Source: Camelus dromedarius
Lineage: Eukaryota
Direction of reading: 5' to 3'
Length of the DNA: 64,000 nucleotides
Assembly (NCBI RefSeq): GCF_036321535.1
Contig: NC_087448.1
Coordinates: 70,928,001 to 70,992,000, forward strand
The notes beneath the pieces are model-generated. The model was not told the DNA's origin and did no database searches. It saw only the letters and a program-made list of their open reading frames with translations. How positions within the stretch are numbered: position 1 is the first letter of the stretch; each line of letters begins with the position of its first letter. Below, in pieces: positions 10,990-22,720 of the stretch. The position numbers and the translations under genes are program-made.

Positions 10990-12900
10990 CTGCATTATTA
11001 AAAAAAATACTGTAGGCTATTTTAGCCCCACAATAAGGAATAAAGAATAAAATTATGAATGCCCATGATCACTTCAACTGGCTTAAGAAATAATTTAATT
11101 TTATTTAAGTAATTCAGTTTTATAATGTCTGGCCAGTTACTCACATTTTAGCAAATTCTTTGTTCCTCTTGTGCTTCATACCTTCCTTCTAGGATCCTTT
11201 CCTTCAAGGACACCCTGAAGAAATGTCTTTAGTGAGAGTATCTTAATGGTGAATGCTCTCAGCTTTTATTTGAATGCAAATATTTTCATCTCATTTTCAT
11301 ACTTAAATGATTATTTAGTAACATACCATTCTAAATTGACAGTTTTTTTTTTCTCAGAGTTTGAAGATAACATCCTATCAATTTCTGACTTTTACTGTTG
11401 CTATTGAGAAGTTTGCTATAAATCTGTCATTCTTGACAGGTAAGTTGTTTTTCTTTGGCATTCTATATATTCGTTGTAATGTCAAAGTGTAGATATTTAT
11501 TTTCCCTGCTTCAGACTGATTGTAGTTCCTCAGTCTGAGAAATTCATTCCTATCATACTGGTCTGGCAAATTCTCAGCCATTTGTCTTCTTTTAATATTA
11601 CCTCTTCCTTATTATTTTCTTTTGGAACTCCTGTTAGACAGTAAATAGGACTTTTTTTTTATCCTTTATTTCTGTTAATCTCTCTTTCATATTTTCCATT
11701 CTTTATGTCTCTGTGCTGCATTATGGGTGATTTTCTTCAGATGTATATCCCAATTAATCAGTTCTCTCTCCAGCTGGATCATTAGATCTGCTGTTTAATA
11801 TGACCATTGAGTTTTAAATTTTCAATGACTACTTAATCTAATTTTAGATTTTTTTTTAATTTCCAAATTTGCCTGACCTTTTGGATAATGCTGTATACCT
11901 TTCTCATGTCTTTGATTCCATTTTTTAAATTACTTTAATATAATACACTTACTTTATTATGCACCTGCAAATTCCTTTTTCTGCATTCTTGAGGGGTCTA
12001 ATCCTGCAATTTATTATTTTTATTGATTTTCATTCATGGTGATTTGTTTCCTCACGTGTTTTGTAATTTTGCATTTTAAACTCACATGGAAGTGCTTATT
12101 TGTGGGAATCCTGTGAAGCCTGTAATAAGCATGCATTTCTCCAGATTATGTTTTTACTTCTCACAGGTGCCCCAAGAAACTATGAAACTTGGACTGCTTT
12201 AATTTAATTCCTTGGCTTGTGTTTTCCTAGATTACTCCAATAGCATATTCTGAATCTCAGGCCCACCGAGGGCAGGTGTGTATTCTAGATTACCTGGGGA
12301 GATATTTTCCCCACCCAAAGGTATACAAGATAGACAAATTTCTTTCCCTTTTAGCCAAATTGTTTACTCCCACCAGCAGTGTATGAACCTTCTATGCAAA
12401 TGATTGGATTAGCATTTGTTTTGTTTTTTTGACGTACTTTGCTGTACTCAGTGGCTGTACTTTGATATCTCCTTTTTGCTTTGATTCATTTCTCTGAAGA
12501 CTAATAAGGCTGGCATCATTTCATATTTATTGGTCATTTAGGCTTTCATGTTCTGTTTAAGGGCAGGGGAGTTCTGTGTCTATTTCTTATTGATTTGCAG
12601 CAATTCTTTATTCTAGATTCCACTACGAATATCATTTTCCAGGCTGTGACTTGTTTTTTCATTGTATGATATCTCTTGTTGTCCAAAAGTGTTTTATTTC
12701 ACTATGATATTTTCATTGAGGTTTGCAATATTTGCCTATTGTTTAAGAAATCTCCCCCAAGCTAAACATTCATTTTATTCATTATCTTCCATAAGCTTTA
12801 TTACCTTCCCTTACACTTTAAAATTCAGCTTTGTTGTTGTTGGTATTTGCGTTGGAGTGGGAAGAAGTGGGGTGCAATGGAAACATGGGAGCCCAGTGAT
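10990..12900 (-). mobile_element. Old antisense L1/HAL1-type fragments
   Basis: T-rich degraded sequence with L1 antisense motifs (gttgctattgagaagt; cccaccagcagtgtatga). Confidence 0.55.
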
Positions 12901-13020
12901 TTGGATGGACAGGGTCATGAACCTTGATGTTCCGTTTTCATGTGTGCTTCTACGTATCACATTGTTAGTGAAGTGCCATCTCAGAAAATAGATACAGAGA
13001 TAGATTCCACAATGGCATTT

Positions 13021-13150
13021 AAAAAATCAGGGTGGGGGAGCTAATTAGTTTTATTTATTTATTTTAATTGTTTTTGGTGGAGGTACTGGGAATTGAACCC
13101 AGGACTCATGCATGCTAAGCACGTACTCTACCACTGAGCTATACCCTCCT
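13021..13150 (-). mobile_element. Vic-1-type camelid tRNA-derived SINE
   Basis: Minus strand ggagggtatagctcagtggtagagtacgtgcttagcatgcatgagtcctgggttcaattcccagtacctcc (A and B boxes) + A-rich tail; aatggcattt repeated at 13011-13020 and 13158-13167. Confidence 0.85.
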
Positions 13151-16100
13151 GCCTCATAATGGCATTTTATTATGCTTTTCAAAAAAGGATCAAGTATATT
13201 TTAACTTCGATTCTGCTTTTGTCTCAATAAAACCTTGGGTTTACCATTTTCCCACTAGACTCACTAAAATTATCAGGTTGTCACTAAAATAATTTATTGT
13301 ACAACATTCACAGAATGTACACAGTATGTACTCAGTAGAAGTATAGTCGTGAACATTCACTTGGTGTCAAAACATGAGAGTAAGGAGGGTGCACCAACAT
13401 GCCTCAGCCAGCACGACATGGTCTCCAAATGCACCAGATGGCGCCAGGCCCTTGACAAACAGCATTTGCAGTTTGGTTGCTTTCTTAACTTTCTGAAGGT
13501 AGTTTTCAGGCCCTCTGCTACTTTGCCTCGGACCTTCCTGTCCTAATTACTGCTAGCAGAGGTGTGCAGTGAAGAGGTATAAACTGTCTTCTGTATGTAT
13601 TCCGGATGAGGCAGAATACCCCGCTCTTTTGGGAAGTGACTGGCTTTTTCCTTAGAGACTGATCACAGGGCAGTGGGGCAGGAAGGCCCTTTAGAAAGCA
13701 CTGAACCCCACCCCCTCATTTAGGGTGGGGTAGCCAAAGCTCTGGCCTCCATGGGTGGCATCCCAGTGTCTTGGTTTCTGGACCGTGCTCCTGGGCTTCA
13801 CTATGCCAATCTCCACATCCACCTCCAGAAAACTCTGCCTTGAGAATTGTAAAAGAAGTGGACTGCATGGACATGAAATTTTATATGAATGGAGAGATGA
13901 CCAGTGCTGCTTCAGGCCAGCTCTGAGGGACTTTCTGGGGATAAGCAAGCGTCAACCTTGCTGCTATGAAGAGTTAGGGGGCAGGATGGGGGCTACAGGG
14001 TCCTTTCTTGAGAAAAAGTCCCAAGGAGAGCTCCAGGGTCCTAAAAGTTGAGGAACGTACCCCTGTGAGCCTCCCTGTAGGGCAGCAGCGTGTTAGTGTC
14101 CTACACTGGGCCTCTCATGCTCTCGTCAGGGGTTCCACTCATTAACTAGGGGCATCTCCATCTGTGTTTGTCACACTCAGGCCAAGTGGCTGCCTTCCAG
14201 GCTGAGATGGGTGTGGGCCCTTGGTTGCAGAGCCCACGACACCTCTGGCTTGAACTTGGCCAGCAGAGGTTAACTCGTGGTTCCCAGACTTTGGTGTGCT
14301 TAAGAGTCCTTTGGAGAGGTTATGAGAGTACAGAAGCCCATGACCTAGAGGTTCTGACTCAGAAGGTCCAGGTGAAGCCCAGGCATGTGCCCTTTCATAG
14401 CCGTCCTGTGCTGGATTTCATTAGACTGGGTCCACGCTGAGAGCAGGTTGCCTTACATTCTTGAGGTCTCTTCTGACTCCTCTGTGGTTCATGTACATTT
14501 CTCTAGTTCCTTCCATTCCAAGACATATATTCACTGCTATCAGATTTTCTTCTTTTGGAAACATAAAGCTGCAGATTCCAAGGGAAAAACAACACCCATG
14601 TTTTCATAGATTTTGTTTGTTTCCATTGAGGCAAGTTATTATGACGAGGAAACCTCCAGGGGCAGAGTCAGTGCAAGGCCAGGCCTGAGATCACTCTGAG
14701 GTGAGGCAGGTGATGGAAGTGCATTTGGTGTTGGCTCAACAGACAAATACAACCCACTGTTTCAGACGCTGATTTCAGTCCCTAATTGTGTCTCAAACTT
14801 TGTTTCAGTCACTGACGGTGTGGGCTACGCTGTGAGTGGCCCCTCATGAGGCACCTGGCCAGAGGGGTGGGCAGCCCTCTGCCCTCCACCTTTGCAAACT
14901 CTGATGGGCAGGAGGCTGTCCATCCCTCCTCTGAAGTCATAAAGGAATAAAGGCTTTTCATGCAAAGCTCAGAAGCACGGTCACTTCTCAGGTGGGATGT
15001 TGTTTGGTTGTGGTATTTATGGCTCTGTCCTTTTTGCCCACATTCCATCAGATGTGCCCGTAAATATGGTTCACAAACCCTGGTCGTGATTCTAACAGGA
15101 TGGCATCGATTTTGATGATGGCTTCAGGGAAGATGAAGAAAGTAGGAAGGCGTGTTCAAGCTCATGGTGGCAAAGGGGAGTTGGAGAATTAGAGGGGTGG
15201 TGGCCCAGGTCCAGCACGATCACGTTTACTGGCCTTTTCTCAGCAGGGAAATTAATTCTCAGCCTTCCTTTCTGTCCGTCCGGGAGGGTCTCCTCTCACC
15301 CCCTCCCACCTCTTCACCTTTTAGCTTAAAGGCAAATAAAACTCACATCTGAATTGACAGGACTTTCCTGGAAACCAACTCGCTCATCCCTATATGCACT
15401 GGCCCCTCTCATTTTAGTGAAAACAGTGTAGTGAATGTCATATTCACCATTGTTTTTGTGCGTAAAGCTGCTTCCTTTTACACACAGACCTTCCCACTGG
15501 GGCTGAGCCCGCGTGGTAGAGTCCCAGCAGCAACAGGGACTCTCTTTCAGATCTCTTTGTCGTGCATGCATTTCGCATTCAATTACTCTCTTTTTTATTT
15601 GTCTCTGTTTCCCACGATGAGTCTTGCTTTTTGAGTCTACTGCGTTTTCCTAAAATGGCCACCGCATGATCCCCTGCCATGTAGTGTTGACACCTTTCCT
15701 GTCAGTGATGGCTGAGGAAGACGGTGGGAGAAAATGAAGGTGGGGTGGTGTGCAAAGGCAGGTCATGCTGAGCACGGTGGGCTATGCTGACTTTGGAGTT
15801 TACGGGGCAGGGGAGTGACAGGATCCAGCGGACTTCTCGCTCCTTCATGTTGTGGGGAGCATGTGGTGGCACTGGGTAGAAGAGCTTCAGGAGCTGTCAG
15901 TGCGACTGTTGTCATCTCCAGAGTCAGGGGACACGCCCCTCACAGCCTGGGGCTCCCCACCCCATGTTGCTCTCCGAGGAGGTGAAGGAGATGGGCCTGT
16001 GCTCCACAGAGGTGGGCAGTGGGAGGGCATAGGCTCTGTGGACACTTACTGCCTGTGTGACCTTTCTGAGACTCTCCCTCCCCTGCTGGGTGGGCAGGAT

Positions 16101-16299
16101 GATAGTCCTGAGGTAACGCTGGTGTGCGCCACAGAGGGCCCAGCGTGCAGGCAAGCAAAGAGGGAGGCTCCCAACCTGCTTAGACTCTGACTGAGCCTCT
16201 CCAGCTGTAAAGAACTTTGAATGAAATAGTCACTGGGATCATGAAAAATACTCTGCATCACAGCACCTCTATTCTGGCCTAAAAGGTTTAACCTGAATG

Positions 16300-16680
16300 A
16301 AGCCTTTAAATGAAACTTACTGTCTACGGGAAGTACGTGTGCTAGAGGTACAAGTCAATGACACTAAAAGGAAGCAATCAGCCAGATTCAGAGTGTGGAG
16401 CCCTCTACAGGACAGCCGACCCAGTTCAACAAGTAAACAGCATAAAAAAAGAAAAAAGGGGCAGGAGAGGAGGAAGGGACTGTCTCAGAATAAAAGTCAC
16501 TTTAAAAGCTGTAACAGCCAAACATAATAATGGACCCCCTCTATGTCTCCATTTTAACAAACTTGTAGTAAAAAGGTGTTTTTAGAGAATTATGGAAATT
16601 TGGATTTGTACATATTAGATGCTATCAAGGAATTATTGTTGATGTTGTTATTCGTTATGTAGTAAAACCTGCCTTTTTAA
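16300..16680 (+). mobile_element. Old L1ME-type 3' fragment
   Basis: aagcaatcagccagattcagagtgtggag...ggatttgtacatattagatg resembles L1ME 3' UTR. Confidence 0.5.
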
Positions 16681-16699
16681 GACTGCAAACTGAAGTATT

Positions 16700-16822
16700 T
16701 AGGGTAGAGCTGCAAGATAAAATACACTGTTGCACAGGACATACTTTTACTAAAAATTGTTTATTATTATCAATTTTAACTGAATGACCTGTATTTCCAT
16801 TGGCTAAGTCTGGCAACCCTAA
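16700..16822. mobile_element. MER53-like hAT MITE (internally deleted)
   Basis: ggacatacttttactaaaaa and terminal tctggcaaccctaa. Confidence 0.6.
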
Positions 16823-17744
16823 TTTAGGGGTAATGTGGGATGATGTCATGTTCCAGCAAGGAAAAAAAAAAAGTGGGGCCATAAATTAAGTAAAGCACAG
16901 CAAAATGGAAATGATTGTTGAAAGTAGTTGAAGGTACAAGAAGATTCAAACAAAACAAAACAAATAAAAAATACTCTGTACCAGGAGGCAAATAAACCCA
17001 ATTCTGTCACTGATGACCTGTGTGACTTTAGACAAATCAGTCTTTGAGATTCAATCTCCTCATCTATAAAATGCCCAGATCATTTCTCAGGTTTGTTATG
17101 AAGATCAAGTGTGGAGGGCTTTGTGAATGGTCCGCTGTCAACAACAGGTAGAGGCATCACTGCTGTTTTCAGGTGATGTGTCCCACGTCTCTGGAGATGC
17201 TCTTCAGTGGAGAGACTCTGGAGCATACGCTTGAATTGTGCGATGAAAGCTGCAACAGCCTTATCACTGGACTTGGTTTCCTAATATCCTGGGGCCAGAT
17301 CGCATTAGCAGACATGTAATGAGTGAGATGGAAAAGAATTCTCCAACAAGTCACAGTTTCATCAGCTCTGCTCTTTGGGTGAAACTGAAATTACCTTTCA
17401 GAGGTTGGCCCAGCTGAAGCAATGCTGGTCCTGGAGAGAGGTCTGGCTACAGTGTTTTGTAATCGAGCCTTGACTTCTCTGAGCCCTGGTTTTCCTTCCT
17501 ACAAGATGGAAGTGTACTGGTAAGCCTGCTTCCGCCATTGCTTTCCCACTGACACCATAAAAGTAAAAGGAATTTTAAAAATTGTGTAGGACCATTCAAA
17601 TACTTTTGAGGTTTTATTTTTCATGTTAATACATAAAAATCACTATGGAAAATATTTTTGGAATGCATGCTTTTCCAGTAGAAGAGACTGAAATAAATAT
17701 CTTTGGATTTCACAGGGGTTGACTGATGCCTCGTTTATGTGAGA

Positions 17745-17990
17745 CAGCATCACGCAGTGGCTGAGAGCTCAGACTTTGGAGTCTGACAGATTGAGTGGCT
17801 CTGCCTCAGTTTTCCCATCTGTAAAATGGGGGTAATAATAAATAAATAAATAATAAAATAATAAATAAAATATATAAATAATAAAACAGTATCTACCTCT
17901 CAAGGTTGTTGTGAGGTAGATTAAATGAATTAACAGATATAAAAGTGCTCACAACAGTGTCTGGCAAATAATAAGCACTAAATAAGGCTT
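17745..17990 (+). mobile_element. MIR SINE with internal TAAA expansion
   Basis: gcctcagttttcccatctgtaaaatgggggtaataata core; aaagtgctcacaacagtgtctggca 3' part. Confidence 0.8.
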
Positions 17991-18039
17991 ACAGTCAGTG
18001 CCCAGCACAGTTCTTGGCACAGTGTATGGCCTCTGGAAC

Positions 18040-18490
18040 CATGTTGTCCGCAATGCTGAATGAAGCTTTTATAAACATCTATGTGCATGTTTTTGTGTGA
18101 ACATAAGTTTTCAGCATCTTTGGGTAAATACCAAGGAGCACGACTTCTGGATCGAATGGTGAGAGTGGGTTCCACACTGGCTGCACCATTTTGCACTTCC
18201 ACCAGCAGCGAATGAGAGTTCCTGCTGCTCCACTTCCTTGTCAGCACTTAGTGTTGTCAGCGTTCTGGATTTTAGCCATTTCATTAGATGTGTAGCAGTG
18301 TCATGTATTAATACGCATTTCCCTGATGACGTGATGTGAAGTGTCTTTTCAGATGCTTATTCGCCATCAGTATAACTTCTTTGGTGAGGTGTCTGTTACT
18401 GTCTTTGACTCATTTTTCGATTGGGTTTTTCTTATTGTTGAGTTTTAAGAGTAATTTTTATATTTTGAGTCGCAGTCCTCTATCAGCTGT
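18040..18490 (-). mobile_element. L1M ORF2/3' fragment, antisense
   Basis: ttccacactggctgcaccattttgcacttccaccagcagcgaatgagagttcc. Confidence 0.8.
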
Positions 18491-21273
18491 GTCACTGTTT
18501 CTTTATGCCTTCCTCCTCGTCCCGCTGAGCTGACGTAAATCAGACATGCCCCCATAGTAAGGAGTCAGACTTCATCTTTTTGGTGTTTGACTGCTGATAG
18601 ATTTTAAGCATCACTTGTCCCTTTCTTTCTGCCGCACGTCTGGGCAACAATAAGAAAGCCTGGCTGTTCTCTCTTTTGGAGCCCTCAGTCCATCCCCCAC
18701 CATGATACAAAGTCTGAGCCAGTTTCCTTTCTCTGCTCTCTCAAGCTGTTTTTGGACTTGCTTGGGAACCACCCTGCTCGCCTTAGGAAATCTCATGATG
18801 TGAGGAGTAAGCCTTCCCGTGCCCTGGTACGTGGAACGGGGACGGCTTCGGTCGTCTTGACGTCTGAGCCAGCTTTGGGGTGGGGTGTCTTCTCTTTCTG
18901 CAGAGTGACTACAGCACCCCTCTCTGATAATGTAATGTGTGAAATGGCTGACTACTGCTTGAGAAAGGGCCGAGTTTTCGTAAAAGTGGGATGGCTGCTT
19001 CCTTCTGAAGAATCTGGATAAGCAGCAGGGCAAGACAGTACAAATGTGCCCTTGTGGACCTAAGTCGTTCACTGTTGGGTGGTAAATATCACTGCTTCTT
19101 GGAGACCTAGCCGTTCTGGAGACAGTCTGAACACTGGGCTTTAGTATCTGAAGGTCTGGGCAGCTTCGTGGCCTGGGCCCAGGGGAGCTGTTGGAAGAGT
19201 CGTGGTTGGAGAGGGCGGCTCCTTCACCCGAGGAAGCCCCGCAGCTCTGTGTGCATTTGACCCAAGCACCTGAGGAGGGTGAGGTTGCTAGTTCTGAGCA
19301 CAAATCTTTTGGGGGGAATTTATTAAGAGGCCGGGTTCTCGGAACCCCTGTAGAAAATGTTTAATAGCTTTAGAAGCTTGTTGTCTCACACTGGATGGGA
19401 TTCAGCTCAGATGAACGCCGCACCTCTTTGCTCCCCAGGCCGCCCTTTTGCGCTGGAGAGAGCTGTCGTCACTGCCACGTTACAGCTGAACTGGAGAAGT
19501 GTGGAGTGGGTGCAGGAGTTTTCCGTGAACGCATCTGAGGAAACTGAAGCACAGAGAGTTGTCCTTACTGGCCTCCTCTGCTGATAATGGAGGACAATCC
19601 AGTCAAGCTGAGAAAGTCAGGAAGCAGCCCTGGCAGCTGACAGCCAGGCCATGATGTCCCCAGCTGAGTGTGAACACTTTTCTCAGATTCTAAAGGGGAC
19701 TCAGACATCCTGTTCTGCGGCCAGTGGGGAACGGGTTCGAAACATGAATACTCTGCAGAGAGTATTCAAAACAGCTCCACAGACCCCAAGGCCCAGGACA
19801 CTTTCCTCTGTGAACAGCTGGTCAGAGTCCTTCCTCTGCCTCCTGAGTGGGGGTCCCTCCACGTTCCTGTTTCTGAGCCTCTGTTCGAGGCTCACCCCCT
19901 TGTTGACCATCTGTTCTCGCTCCTCCAGCCATTCCTCCGTCACCCTTACTGAGCTGTTCTCTGAGCCGTTCCTGCCCTCCTGGGGCTGACGCTTCAGGGA
20001 ACAGAGCAGGTAAAACGTGCAGTGCATCGGAGGCTGGCGTTTGCCGTGGAGAAAAGCGAAGCGTGGAAGGGAGGGGTGTCAGGGTAGAAGGTGCTGGTCC
20101 ACAGACCTGAGACATCTGGGAGAAGGCACTTCCCGAGGGGCAGCCCTCACAAGGCCCCAGCTAGACTTGCAGGCCACGTGGACAGGTCACCCTGTGAGGG
20201 CCTGCAGGCCACTGTGGACACCTCAGGCCTTTCTGACTAATAGGCTTTAGTATCAGTCTCCTTGTTTGTGGGGCGTCCTATCATCTCACCTGGATGTGTG
20301 AGTTAGTCTTACTCCCACAGGGAATCTCATTTCTGTCTCTTAGGGGGTCACAGATACTGTAGTACCCCCGGGATGACAGGGACTGTAATGCACCCAGGCT
20401 CACAGGGGTCCTTAGGGCCAGCAGCTGTCTGCACCCTCCTGTCGCTTCGCCCAGGGAGCTCGCAGTCTGCCCTGGGGGCGCTGGCTTCCAGGACGCGTCG
20501 TGACCCACTGGGCACATCCCTGGGCCTTTCCCCTTCTTTTCCTGGTACCTGCAAAACTCTCCCTCATCTTTGCCTTCAAAATCTCAGCTCTTAAAACGTG
20601 AGCTGGGCCCACTCAGGGTGTTCCCTGGAGACCCAGGACATTCTGCGCCTCTGTCAATCCTGCCCTTGCTGGACAGCTTATTTAAAAGTCTGTCTTTCCT
20701 GTTGTATCACTTGCTCCTCTCAGGCCGGCACCACATTGCTCAGTCTCAGTGCTTCTCCCATCATTTAGTTCCTGCCATGTCCTAGCAGTGCTTAATTTGT
20801 CGAAAAATGAAACCAAGAGGAAGAAATCCCATGTTATACAAATGTTAACACATAATGTAGGGAAAAACCCCACCAACTGATAAATCTAGTACCTATGCAC
20901 TTACAAAATGCTTCTCTCCACAATATCTCAATTTATCTTCACAACGACTCTGTAGAAGGGAGCCTCTATCCCTTTAAAATGAATCAGGCTTTTGCCTTAA
21001 ATCTACATTAAACTTTATCTTAGAACCTCTGGACCAAGAAGATAAAATCCCCTGAGTTAGGTTCTGGTATGTCGAAGGGGAGGGCTGAGAACCAGGAGTG
21101 GGACCGAGGAGAAGGAGCTCGCCCGGAGTTCTGGTCTGAAGCGGAAAGAACAGCATCGGTGAAGCAAAAGTGCAAGATGGGGCCAGGTGCTGGCGGGGGA
21201 GGCCCGCGCTGGCTGAGCTGAGGCCAGGTGCCCCCGAGGGGAGTAGATGGTGGCTTTCGTCCTGTCTTTTCAG

Positions 21274-21570
21274 TGTTAAATGTCAATTTTCAAAGGAAAG
21301 GTAAAATCATGGCTCTCACCCAGATATAACAACAAGTAAGTGTTAATGATTTTATTTAGCTTGTATCCAGATGCGGGAACTAGGCAGTTGTTATAACTGG
21401 TTCAAAGGTGCAAAGATGCACATGTTTATCTGGAGGTGAGGAATGCCCGATGCTTGTGCGAACAGGGCAAACTGGCTTTTCCAGAGAAGGAGGACTGTCC
21501 CTCATGGGGCAGGGCTCGTTTGCGCATCTACAGAAAGGAATATTCTGAATTGCTATCAGTTCTCTGTAAC
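21274..21570 (-). mobile_element. Probable ERV LTR remnant (family not assigned)
   Basis: Minus strand has AATAAA followed by U5-like sequence ending ...gaaaattgacatttaaca. Confidence 0.4.
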
Positions 21571-22189
21571 CTTAGCTCTGTAAAGCCTGCCTGAGGGTGT
21601 GGTCTCTGGACAGCAGGCAGGTTTCCATCCAAGCACTGTCCTGACCCGACTTGGCAGATTCTATGGTCGAGCCACTTAGTAGAGGGGATGGACAGTGCTG
21701 GACGGTCACTTGATCCCGCAAACCCATCTCCCTTCTGTCATGCAAGGCTGACACTACTAACGGGTGGGGCTGCTGTGAGCATTCGCGAGACAAGGCTTTG
21801 AGGAGTCATCTCAGTCCCGGGTGTTTAATGACCACCAGCAGTTGTTCCAGTCCTGTTAAGAAACATTCAACTGCACTCTTGGGGTGATGGCTGCCGAGTG
21901 AGCACGGAGACCTCACGGTCTTTGTGAACAGTCAGAAGCAACTAGCAAATGTGCACTTGTTCTATTTTAAGTCTCCTGGGAAGAGACTTTCCCCATCCCG
22001 ATAATAACGTCAGCGAGGGATGTTGGTGGCCTGACTTGGCTCATCAACAGGCAACCTCCTTTACAAAATTCCTCCACGGAAGCCTGTTCATCCAGATCCA
22101 GGTACACATGCACACACTCACAAGAGCCAGGTGCTTCACACGTGGCCTCCCACCTGTCACACCTCCTCGTCCAGGTCTCTGCTCTCCTG

Positions 22190-22720
22190 GCCTCCTAACC
22201 CCCCCACTGTGTCTGTTCTTGCTGGGCTGCTCTTCTACTGCCCCCCTGCCCCCGGAGCCAAGGTGATCTTAACACATGACCTGGAGCAAGTCTCTGCCTT
22301 TATTAATAACCTTCAACAGCTTGGCCTGTGTTTGCAATGAAATCCAGCCTCCTTCATGTGGCCTATGAGGCCCTACAAGGTAAGAGTCTTGCCTGCTCCT
22401 CCAGCTGCCTGCTGACCAGTCTTCCTGTTGCAGTCCACCCTCCCGCCAACCTCACCATCCCTCCTCCTGGAATTCTCTGGGCTCGACAGCGGTGGCTCCT
22501 TCTCACTCACCTCAAAAAGGACTTTCCTGACCACCCATTTAAAGTAGGCTCACCCACTGCCCTGTCCTAAACTAAGCCTCCTTATGTTTATTAAAACCCT
22601 TACACTATTTCTCCTGCCCCTTCACCAGAGTCCCAGGACCATGAGTCTGTCTTGTCCCTGCTGTGCCCTCAGCCTGCACAGCAGACACGGGCTGAACAGA
22701 AATCTCTCATGGCCGACAGA
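22190..22720 (+). mobile_element. L2 3' fragment
   Basis: aaatccagcctccttcatgtggcctatgaggccct; ctttcctgaccacccatttaaagtag; gtgccctcagcctgcacagcag. Confidence 0.7.

Noticed and set aside
13071-13150. tRNA-like sequence with A and B boxes
   Set aside because: Followed by an A-rich SINE tail and flanking direct repeats rather than a Pol III terminator; called a SINE, not a tRNA gene
13705-13731. 9-bp perfect inverted repeat ACCCCACCC...GGGTGGGGT
   Set aside because: Single short stem; expected occasionally by chance in 64 kb; no supporting context
13755-14051. 98-aa Cys-rich ORF with a signal-peptide-like start
   Set aside because: Begins at GTG; the nearby ATG at 13751 is in another frame and stops after 30 codons; no recognisable family
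18611-19303. 230-aa minus-strand intergenic ORF
   Set aside because: Non-ATG start, no splice or homology support, no recognisable domain
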